This document shows, one piece after another, positions 53,196 to 64,000 of a DNA stretch of 64,000 bases. The position numbers and the translations under genes are program-made. Origin of the DNA: Eledone cirrhosa (lineage: Eukaryota); contig OZ024743.1 of the NCBI GenBank assembly GCA_964016885.1, positions 192,386,001 through 192,450,000 of the forward strand, given 5' to 3'. The notes under the pieces were generated by a model, which had not been told where the DNA came from, searched no databases, and saw only the letters and a list, made by a program, of their open reading frames with translations. The first letter of the stretch is position 1. Each line of letters opens with the position of its first letter.

Positions 53196-53247
53196 CTTTG
53201 TCAGGAGGAGGCATATGACTGCCATGGCCAGCTGCTAAGTTACCAGG
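53196..53247 (-). CDS. PHTF: PHTF small exon
   Basis: PGNLAAGHGSHMPPPDK; TTTTTTCAG/GTAAG; phase 0-1 bridges the flanking exons. Confidence 0.75.
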
Positions 53248-55266
53248 CTGAAAAAAATCAACAAAACAGAAGAAACTTTAGATTAGAATAGAAATGAACT
53301 TTAGGTAAAGTAGCAGTAGCACTAACACAACATGATTCATAATAGAGGTGTATATGAAAGCATATACAATATGTTTGTGTATGGTAAACATATAAAAGTC
53401 TTACTCTAAAATTTATCAACAATAGATGACAAGTCTTAGATTCCCGATCTATTCAGTTTTATTAACCCTTTCAATATAGAATTTTTTAAACAATAGTTTG
53501 TTTTCAATTGAAAATAGTTCCTTTGATCAAATTAAACTAATAATATGTATTTTTATGTGATTTTCTTTTAAAATATGCACATGGGACACTTTTGTCCCAA
53601 CAATATTATAAATTGGAATAACTTATATCCAGTAATATTCACATTACTCAATATGATTAGCAACTGAACGACTTAAGTCTGATGTAAACTAAATTCTATG
53701 CCAGGCAATGAAAAGTCAACCAGCTCAATCAAAATATTGTTTTGTCCCAGCCCAATTCATTTTATAAAGAAAATTCAGGAGCTGAGGTTATGCTGTGGCA
53801 ACCACCTTTTAGAGAGTGAGGATCTATATATCTATATAGTATAGAAAGGATTAATAGGAAACAACTAATTCAACTGTCAATTTTCTATTACATCAATAAT
53901 TTAGTTCAAACTCTGGGACTTTAATTGCATACCATATCATATGTCAATGACTGTGACATCATTCCAGTTTTTTGTTTTGTTTTATCTAATTGAAGTAAAA
54001 ACTGAATACATGTATGAATGAGGTATTGGACCTAATTGTAAGTTATTCTGTTCAAATCCACCCACTGTAGATGATATTGTTTTGTTAGTAACCCTTTGGT
54101 TACCATATTTCTAATGAAAGACATAGTCTATGATTTTTAAATAAATTTGTAAATAATGAAGAATTTGAAGGGATTTAGTAATATAACTAAGTTTCGTATT
54201 ATCAAAGTTTGTTTGGATAAAGGTTCTTACATAAAATTATGATGAAAGATTTTTAGATAAATATAAACATTTCAAAACAAATAGTTTTGAAACAGAATCA
54301 AGAGCATTTTTAAGCAAGTTGGTATCAAAGTGTGTTCAGATAGAGAGATACTATGATGCTCAGCAGCAACATACTTAGGGATGGATGGCTACACTGGTTC
54401 TCACTTGATTCTCACTTTTGAATCTGTGACCTTATCAGCCACACCCTCATAACTGTTTCTGTTGGTAGGTTAAACTTAGTGAGAGACTGGACATGTGGAG
54501 AAGAGATGGACAACACCAAGTATTTCTAAAGGCCACTGAAATGCCATGATAGACAAGTAGAAAATTTAATTCCATGTAATTCAAACTCAATTTAACTGCA
54601 GCCAACAAACCGTGAATACCTAGTCTTCATTAGGAAGCTTGTGTGTTCAAGGGATACTGAAGATAATACTCTATAGTAATTAACTTCATATTCATCTTAC
54701 TGTGATAGTTCAGTTATTGTTTCACCAAAGGCCAGCTCAAATCAAGCAGACCTATGATTAAAAGGTTTTCCAGCAGTGACCATCCCATATTTTCATTAGG
54801 CGTAGTGAATTATTTAATGCCTGGTCTTTTTAAAACATTAGGGTATGGTATAAATTTGACAGTTATTTCTAGTATGTTAAGTAACCATGTAGAGGCTCAC
54901 TCATTAGTGCAATTACCATGAATAGTTCTAAATGAAGTTTCTAAACGAAGATGTAATTCAAACATATCTCAAACATTTCAGTTATAATCAGCTTTTAAAA
55001 GTTTGTATCTTTTATCTATTCCTGCCTGATAGTATCAAATTTCTGTAATTTTATTTATTTATTTATTATAAACATTTATTGTAACTGTGTTTTTAGAAAA
55101 GGTACAATGTATCTCTGTATGCCATAAGAGGAAATATAAAATGTTAGTATCTGGAAGGGAATTCGGCCATAAAACAATCCCCCAAAAGGTACCATCCAGC
55201 TGATGCCAGCATGGAAAAAGGGACATACAAAACAATGATGATGAGAAATAGGTAAATAGATAAATA

Positions 55267-55367
55267 CAGGATGTCCCTCAAAAATGTATACACACTTCAA
55301 CAGCATTCTAATAAATATTGCCTGTACAGGTAATCAAAGTGTGTATACATTTTCGGGAGACACCCTG
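55267..55367. mobile_element. Tc1/mariner-type MITE (about 100 bp)
   Basis: TA-CAGGATGTCCC..AAAATGTATACACACTT / AAGTGTGTATACATTTT..GACACCCTG-TA. Confidence 0.8.
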
Positions 55368-55722
55368 TAGTTAGGCTAGATCAAAGCCTAAAATCACATT
55401 GACTAAGAAAAAAGTTAGTCAAATTCATATTTTTGTTTATAATAAATCATATAGCGCCAATTATCTAAATTACATTTTTTTTTTCAGTTAAAAATGGCTC
55501 CTCAGATTGAAATGGTCCCCCATCCCTGGGCTAGATAAACACAGAGTTGAGGGGAGAAAGAATAACAGGTGGGTGCATTCACATGTACATGAAAAAGAAT
55601 ATTATGTAGATTATTATGAAAGGGAAATAGGGGAAAATATATAATTATTTAATTAGTTTGAGCATGGAAAGATGATGTGAGAGATGAATGATTGAAAATG
55701 AATGAAGTTCATAAACCCGTAC

Positions 55723-55902
55723 TGATTGTAGAAGATTTATGACATTGAGGTTATTGACATTCCAGTCAGGAATTTGAAATTCCTCAGACTGGCCATGTGT
55801 TTTGGGAAGTTCAGTTTCTGAGGGACAGCTGCTGGTCTCAAAGTTGGACGTCACAATGTCAGAGTGCATTCGATCATCCCACTCCTCTAAGCTGAGCACA
55901 GG
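55723..55902 (-). CDS. PHTF: PHTF exon
   Basis: PVLSLEEWDDRMHSDIVTSNFETSSCPSET...LLQS; 180 nt, phase 0-0. The donor GTACGG is less certain. Confidence 0.75.
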
Positions 55903-56341
55903 CTGCAACACAAGAAAACATGCATGAGTAATGGTGTACTTGGCTTAAAAGCAAAACACCAGCATTGTCAAAATCATCTAATCTATAAGTATACAAGGCA
56001 ACCAGAGAACACCTAGTATTTTATAGGTCCATCACTTCCACTCACTTTCTCTTTCTCTCTTTCTGTATATATTTGTGTGTGTATATACACAGAAATATCC
56101 ATGGTTAGTTCATACACAGAAATATCCACGGTTAGTTGTGGGCTCTAGTCTGCATGAAGAACTCAATGTAATCCATATGTTGAAAATGTTGTAGGTTAAA
56201 ATAAATCCCGGAAAACAATAAAACATCAAAAGGAAAACAGAGTCATGATATATATATATATATAATTGGTTTTTGGATGCTTAAAGCGTCCGTGTGCGGT
56301 AGGCCGTATGAGTACTCAATGCCCTCGTAGAGCAGAGTATG

Positions 56342-56651
56342 ATATCACAGAAAAAAGAAGAATCAAGAAGTGGGCAACCATGAGTGGCTAGAAATATCGG
56401 TGACGTGTACAATTCTTGACCACTCATGGAATGACAACAGGATCTAAATCAACAAACGAAGAAATTCAATGTTAAAGGACAATAGGAAAATCTGCTATGT
56501 AGAATCGAGACGTATCCGATGACCATGCGATTTCAGAGTCAGGTCTGATCACCATATCGATCGTGCCTCGAGCTGGTCGCCCGAAAAACAATTGTAATAT
56601 GTCCAATAAATTCCTTTCGTCGCAACACTGATTCTCTTTTTTCTGTGATAT
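56342..56651 (+). mobile_element. About 310-bp element with about 25-bp inverted ends and an HHR-like motif; related to fold-back B
   Basis: TATCACAGAAAAAAGAAGAATCA ... TGATTCTCTTTTTTCTGTGATA; internal 56510-56602 aligns by eye with 25312-25403. Confidence 0.7.
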
Positions 56652-58544
56652 ATATATGAATAAATCCTACTGTATTGTTAATCTGTGTAAATCTCTACTT
56701 ATCTATTTGTAACTACTCCAAGAATTACTGATTACGGAACCCTCTAAGGATAACTTTACAATCGACCTCCTGAAGTAAACTTCTTGTTGAGTCAATAACC
56801 ACTATATGCTGAAAGAATCCTCGATAAAAGTTACTCTAACTTTGAACTAAAGTAACCGAAAATGATATCTCGTGTGTGTATATACATATATACATATATA
56901 TATATATATGTATATAATCATCATCATTTAATGCCTATTTTTCCATACTTGCATGGGTTAGACAGATTGTTAAGTTATGAGACAAGTTAGGCCTGGATGT
57001 CATGCTCATACGGATCTGTATTTTGGCAAAACGCATCCAATCCAACCTATAAAGTGGTCATGCTGGTGATACAGTCCACTATGTTAGATGGTCGTTTTTG
57101 TGCCATGATAAAAAGCCAACTAGTCCACACTGTAACATGGTTGGTATTAGGTAGGGCATCTAGCTGTAGAAACCAAGCCAAAATACAAAACCATATGAGT
57201 AAGACATTGGCTCCTGACCCATGAAAGTGTGGAGATTGGACATTAAACTATGATGAGGATGATACATATATATAATTTTTTTATATAACTTCTTAACACC
57301 ACTACCCTTCTATTCTTACTCTCCTTGAAAAAAAAGCAACATCTCCAGTGTTGGTGCCACAATAAAATGCATGCGGTACACTCCATGAAGTAACTGGCAT
57401 TCAAGTAGTAGCAATATAATGTAGGAAGGGTGATGATGATGATGAAACACAAAGCAGAACACACTACTACACAAGAAGAGATCAACAACTAACACCATAA
57501 CAAGATACAAACGAATGAGATAATCTCTATATGGTAGTACCACAACAAATTGAATTTTCTATGTGATTTTGTCACTAAAAAAATCATGGGGTCCCTTTTT
57601 GAGGTAATGTTTTATGGACAGATGCCTTTCTTGGTGCCACCCCTTTTAGTGACCACTTACTACACACAGAGAAACAGTGGATCTACTTTAAACTGGATCT
57701 TTTAGCAGGGAAAATAGCTTTAAAGTGCTTGCATTATGTCTTCAAAAATTCATCCTAATGAAATGCAAATTCCAATCCTTTCTAACTTTTTTACACACAC
57801 ACATACTCATATATAAACATGTGTGTAGTATCACAGTTATTACGGAGAGAACCATTACATGGCTCGCCTCCATCAAATAACACCCTATCATCTTAAAGGA
57901 ATGACAAATTAGATAATGTAGTATTGAATACCCCTAAAAAGACTAGATGGTAATGGCTGAAATGCTTTTGATCATTGGTGCGTTTGCTCAAAGCTGACCT
58001 GTAGCTAAATGACAGCTACACAAATACATAGTCACACACAGAGAAATACATACCATACAGTTGTATCTATTTCATACAATAACACAAACACAGAAATATA
58101 CAGCTGCACCTTACCCAGTTTAACACCAGAAAATGGCCCTTGGGTGCCTTTAACAGAACCCGATCTGTTGCAAGCAATCAGGCCAGGTTTCTGGTTTGAG
58201 CATACCTCCATCGCACCAGTATTGAAATGAAATGAAATGAAATCTACAGTTCACACCTAAGCGAGTTTAGCTGGCCTCCTATGAGGGTGCATCTCATAAG
58301 AGTTTTTCTTAGCGTTTTGATGATAGGGGCCTCAGTCCTATCATGAAAAGCAATGTGAAATGAAGTGACTTGCTCAAGAAAACAACAAGCCACCTGACCC
58401 GGGAATTGAACCCACATTGTGTGTCCTACCAGTATTGGAAGCTCTGAAGAGTCATGGATACTGCCCTATCTTCGCATAAACAGTAAAAACCAAAAAGAAA
58501 AAAAAACATACACGCATATATATTTCAATTCTGTATCATCTTAC

Positions 58545-59559
58545 CTTTCTGAATTCTAGTGTGTCCACAGTTTCTCCATCAGATGAACTTGGAGGCAAGC
58601 TAGACTTAAGCAGAGGTGCATCATAGGAAATAGGACTGACATTCCTCTTGTGACTTTTGCGTTTACTTTTACCATGACGCTGTCTTAGTCCACCATCTTC
58701 AAAACCCTTCAATGTAAAAACAATATTATCATGTGCACTTCTAGTATAGTCTTCCTTCGACTGACACTGCGACCACAGATCATTCATTAAGTGAATATCC
58801 TGCTTTGTGGTTGAGTCTGGAAGGTCAGTACTAGTGTCACAGGGTATGTGTGAACATTTACGTGATGGCAGCTCATGGCCAGTGGTTGGCTGGTTGCTTT
58901 TTTTTTCATTAGTTGATTCAGATTTCATGGGATCAATGTCGCAAGAAGAGTGCAGGTCATCTAGACTGCGGCTGCGATGCAATTGTTTGTTGTCGTTTAG
59001 CTGAAACACTACCTTAGGAGTGTGGTTCATTTTAGAATTGTTCTTAGACATGCCATCAGTGTCCGTTGGAGACAGGCTTCCGATTTTGGTCTGCTGCATA
59101 TTGTCATCATGCAGTTCGCGGCTGTAGATACGGTTGCCGAGTACCACATAGGTCCGGTTGACTGCTTCAACATTCCGCTGCGTGAGGATTTTGTTGTTAG
59201 AAGTGGAATTAGAATTGGAAGTTTTCTTTGTATAAGAGTCATTTGCTAAGATGTTAGGAAGCAGGCAATCAGTATGTGTAATTGTTTCACTTTTACAGCT
59301 GCTGCTGCTGCTGCTGCACTGGCTTAATCTAAGGTTCATGCACTCTTTATCTTCATCAGAAGCTGTGTTACTGTCTGCATCTGGCTGACTTCTGCTGTTC
59401 CACCAGTTGTTGGAGTTTTTCCGGGAATTCAAATTATATTCCCTCCGTTTTCTACCATCGCATTTTTTGCTATAGGATGATTTGAGGGGTGCTTCAAAAC
59501 TGGGTTTCCGTTCTGGACCGATCTTACTGGACCTCTTCTGACAATTTTTGCTGTTCTCT
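58545..59559 (-). CDS. PHTF: PHTF large Ser/Asn/Lys-rich exon (1015 nt)
   Basis: Open frame bounded by TAG and GTAAG; phase 2-0 fits the neighbours; lies in the variable middle of PHTF. Confidence 0.85.
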
Positions 59560-60620
59560 CTATATATAAAAATAAAAATAAAATTGAGCATGATAATTTA
59601 ACTCTTTTATTACCACCATATTTCTAATAAAAAAAAAAGAAACACTATCAAAAATTTACTCATCATTTAGAAAATAATCTAGGATTTGGAGGTATTTAGC
59701 AAAATAACTTTCTCATTATTAACACTTAACATTCTGTAATGATTTGTAGAAAATATTTAAGAACAAGTTTATTAATTCATGTGATTATAGTATATTTCCT
59801 AGTGGATAGATTGTTGTGAAAATTTACAGTATTAGAGTAAAGACATTGATTTTTAATATGATGCACTCATAATGGTTGCTGTTTTGTACTTTTCAAGAAT
59901 GTTTTGTTAATGTGATTTCTTGTGGTATAATATGTTAAGAGTTAAGCTGGTGTCTGGAATATAATTTAACTCTTTCATTAACATACTTCTACTGAAAGAC
60001 ACTGCTGCAAATTTTTTAATCATTTTGAAAATAATCAAGAATTTGGTAGGCATGAAGTGGACCTCTGTTAATTTTAACAATGAGTGTTCCAACCATTCAA
60101 TCATAGGAATAGCCTCATGAAATTAACGTGCAAGTGGCTGAGCATTCCACAAACACATATACCCTCAATGTAATTCTCAGGAAGATTCATCATGATGCAG
60201 TGAGTGATAAGGCTGGCCCTTTGAATTATAAGTACAGTTCATCCATAGTTTCCATCAACCCAATTTTGTGAGATAAAGTCACAAAGCAAATGACTTAACC
60301 CTTTTGATACCAACTCACCTGAAAGCATACCAGGTAGTATGATACAAAGCCGTTTAATAATAAAGTGTTTATATTTAAATTTAAACCTTCCATCATAATT
60401 TTATGAAAGGAGTTTCATTAAATTATGCTCCAAACATCAACCTTAAATCACTCCAAATTCTTAATTTATTTTTCGAATTTATAATAAATCATAGGCAGTG
60501 TTTTTCATTAGAATCATAGTAATGAAAAACTCAGTCTTTCAGTTACTAACTTCTCACAGAAACAAACACATACAACAAAATAAAAAAGAAAGAAAGAACA
60601 AAAAACCAACAAAATCTTAC

Positions 60621-60748
60621 CGTTGTAAAAGCAAGCCATCTCTGTTGGTAGTTTTGTGACAAAAATGAGCTAAGACTGTTTGTGAGTGCATTAGACCCAG
60701 AATTAACATTAACAAGGCAGGAAATGATACCTCACTAATGGTTACACT
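60621..60748 (-). CDS. PHTF: PHTF exon
   Basis: SVTISEVSFPALLMLILGLMHSQTVLAH...; phase 0-2. Confidence 0.88.
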
Positions 60749-61139
60749 CTGAAATAGAAAAATTAAATACCTGTAGCGATGTGTATGATATGACAGACAA
60801 AGAGGTCATGTTATACAATAGAATGCTGTAAAAAGTTTTGTTTGGTTTACCCAAAATGTACCTGTAAATACCAGTGAATAATATTGATAGACATAGAAAG
60901 GAATTGGCTAAAAATGCAACACAGAACCAATCAGGAATTAGTAAAAATAATTTTTTAAATACCCATGTGAGCCAAGTTCATTTCAACGTACCAGGAAAGT
61001 TGTTATAAGAGGGCTAAATTCTCTAAAGCACATACTCTTTTGATTTCTACCCGAACCAGCCCCAGATTAATCTAAGTATTCTTTCATAGGAAATAATATA
61101 TCTTCAGTCACACACACACACACAGAAATATGACTACTG

Positions 61140-61490
61140 CCACACTCTGTAAAGTGACAGTGCTTCTACTATGATAAAATGCATCCACTACACTCTGTAA
61201 AGTGGTAGTGCTAGTGCCATGATAAAAGGAACCTAATACATTGTAAAGTGGTAGAGCTGGTACTATGATTAAATGCACCCAGTACACAATGCAAAGTGGT
61301 AGTGCTGGTGCCACAATAAAATGCACCCAGTACACTCTGTAAAATGATAGTGCTGGTGCTATGACAAAATGCACCCAATACACTCTGTAAAGTAGTAGTG
61401 TGGGTGCCATGATAAAATGCATCCAGTACATTCAGTAAAGTGATAGTGCTGGTACTATGACTAAGTGCACCTAGTACTTTCTGTAAAGTG
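61140..61490 (-). repeat. Diverged 48-bp unit array, same family as 34078-34848
   Basis: AAATGCACCCAGTACACTCTGTAAAGTGGTAGTGCTGGTGCC repeats. Confidence 0.85.
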
Positions 61491-61754
61491 ATTGGCATTT
61501 TGAAGGGCATCCAGTTGTAGAAACCATGCTGAACATAGAACATATGAGCAAGATGTGGTCTCTCTGCCATCACAACTCCTGGCAGAAGGAATAAAATGAA
61601 ATAGAGGTTTAAATAGTGTAGCTTTTAACATATGTGGTAAGAAAATATTTTATTTAATTCTAAAAATCTAAAGTTTTAATATCCTCTTCCACATGAAACT
61701 CTATCCTCTAATGTAAAGGAACTCAGAATGCCAGATATTTCCACTACTATGAAT

Positions 61755-62190
61755 GAAAGGTCAGCTGTATGATGCCTGTGTGCAAAGTGCCATGCTGCAT
61801 GGTAGTGTGACATGGGCAGTAAATGCTGAGGATATGCTTCTATGGATGTGCAATGTTAATGTGTAAGAACGGCAAAGCATGGTTGAACTGAGGGAGAAAC
61901 TGAGTATAAGAGGAATCAGGAGTAGCGTGTAGGATAGGAAACTGCATTCGTATGGACATGTGATGCACATGGATGATGTTCGTTGGGTGAAGAAGTGCCA
62001 AGTAATCCCAGTAGAAGGCAGCCACAGTAGAGGAAGACCCGAATGAAGTGGTGAGAGCTGATCTCAGATTGCTAAAGCTTACAGAGATAAAGGAATGCAA
62101 CAAATGGAGAGATGCTGTACTGAGAAGGACCAGTCCAACCATGCAAGCGTGGAACAACAGATATAAAATGATGATGATGATGATAATGAT
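61755..62190 (+). mobile_element. Decayed RTE 3' fragment with (GAT)n tail
   Basis: GQLYDACVQSAMLHGSVTWA remnant and family 3' UTR. Confidence 0.75.
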
Positions 62191-62692
62191 GAGTTCAACA
62201 AAAAAAACCTATCATAGAGCAACTAATATTTTGATAGCTTGTGACTGTCAGTCGGGTAATGGAACCTGGGTTTGACAATGATTTTACCAAGTTGCTTCTG
62301 GCGAAAGTACCATTGCAGGATAAGGGGTTTACCATCTTGAAACAGGAAGCTTGTGATAATGTCTAGCCTTTTGCCATCATGCGGTCCTTTTTGAAACAAT
62401 GATTTACAGCTGAATGTCCGTCTTACAATCTGCAGATATACAGTATTACTATTCTAAACCAGATACACATGGTAGAAGCTAACACCTGATTTAGCAAGGA
62501 AAATGGCTTTAAAACACTTGTTGTTACACAGAAATTCAGACTAATTCGATTACTATATTTTAGTTATTTTCCTTGATTTTGTTTTAAAATTTATGCTGTG
62601 AATTTTCCCAACTGAACTAAAAAAGTATGTCCCTTACTCTAAAGTCCATCATGTCACCCATTAACATGCATAGTCAATAAATCATCTCTTAC

Positions 62693-62807
62693 CTCAGTTT
62701 TCAGGTACTCGCCAACATTACTGATGTAAAGTGTTATTGCTACAAGTTGGAATGTGTACAAAACAAGCATTGCAAGCCAAAAGGATTTGGATGTTTGCTG
62801 TATCCAC
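62693..62807 (-). CDS. PHTF: PHTF exon
   Basis: WIQQTSKSFWLAMLVLYTFQLVAITLYISNVGEYLKTE; phase 2-0. Confidence 0.9.
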
Positions 62808-63266
62808 CTAGAAAAAACAAATTGTTAAACAGTAAATTCACCATTCATATTTATACAGAAGGACACATATTTAGAGTAGAATGTAATGTCATGAGAAACA
62901 TGATTTTCTCAAGACATCATTGATGAACATCTTATTGTAACATTACTGAGATAGGAAATGAATTTGTATGTGTGTAAATTATAAAGAGTTACAAACAGAT
63001 ATATATATAAATAAATTGGCATCAGGAAGAGCATCCAGCCATAGAAACCAAGCCAGAATCAGTTCTGTATGAGCAAGACACGGTCATCTGATCTGGTTTA
63101 TCTCACAATGGGACAACTTGTCTAACCCATGCTAGCATGGAAAAAAGGACATTAAATGATGATGCTGATACAAACACACATGGCATATTATTATGGTGGA
63201 TGCTCAGCCTGAGTGAGAAATTGAAATTAATTCTGTATTATAGAAATGAATACCAAGACAACTCAC

Positions 63267-63363
63267 CATTTGTAATAGAGTGGGAAAAACATTACTCGTA
63301 AGACAGCACGTTGGGTAATCCTTGTCCAAGGAACCTGGGGCTTAGCTTTAGTGAATGTAGAGC
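63267..63363 (-). CDS. PHTF: PHTF exon (most 5' exon found in the window)
   Basis: (G)STFTKAKPQVPWTRITQRAVLRVMFFPLYYK(W), matching the PHTF N-terminal domain; CAG/GTGAG. Confidence 0.92.
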
Positions 63364-64000
63364 CTGTATGGAAATTAAAATTAAACAATAAGAATTTTTT
63401 AAACTATTAACTTCATCTTTAAAAATGAAAAAGATTTCAGAATTACTTAAATATTGTTTCGATTTTGATTGATCTACTTGATTTTTTAAAATAAAATCAT
63501 GTTTGTAACATAAATCATAACTGTTCAATTAACGATTAACTACCATTCTTTTACACCTGATGGAAGGGGCATCACCTATTGGTTAGAATGCTGGACTCAT
63601 AGTCATAAGGTCACGAGTTCTGTTTCTGGACTAGGCAGTGCATTGTGTTCTGCAGCAAGATGCTCCATTTCACATTGCTTCTCATGATAGGACTATGGCT
63701 CCTATCATTAAAATATCCGAGAAACCTTCTATAAGAAGCCAGCTAAATCTACATAGGTATAAGCTGTAAATTTTGTTTTTTCAATATATTTTACACCTTG
63801 ACTGCCATGCCTAGCAATTCTTCCTTCAACAATCATCATCCATATGCATAGCATGTCTATACCAGCACAAACCTCTTGCAGATTACATCTGATTTGCCAA
63901 ATGTCCAGTTTTTCCTTCAACTCATCTGTGCTTCTTCATTCATGTACACTAACATTACACATACAGCATAACTAATTCCTTTTAACTTTAAATTACTCTT

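Noticed and set aside
56805-56875. CTGAAAGA...GAAA motif
   Set aside because: Stems I and III do not pair convincingly.

Overview
AT-rich, repeat-dense eukaryotic DNA, probably an octopod cephalopod (inferred from the SINE, RTE and microsatellite content, not confirmed by a search). The right third holds 12 spliced minus-strand exons of a PHTF (putative homeodomain transcription factor) gene at 43464-63363; its 5' end lies beyond the window. The rest is transposon-derived. It includes a Tx1/L1-type LINE, an RTE LINE with a PHD-like finger inside ORF2, and a near-complete Gypsy element with LTRs, PBS, PPT and TSD. It also includes a non-autonomous Helitron, Penelope-like elements (PLEs), MITEs, SINEs, a tRNA-Ile pseudogene and minisatellites. 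The most striking unexplained pattern is six head-to-head fold-back insertions of about 150 bp to 14 kb (the largest span includes later nested insertions), all next to (TA)n tracts. Their arms carry minimal type I hammerhead ribozyme (HHR) motifs with palindromic stem III. Where both arms carry the motif the two lie on opposite strands, and the ribozyme ends always point outward.
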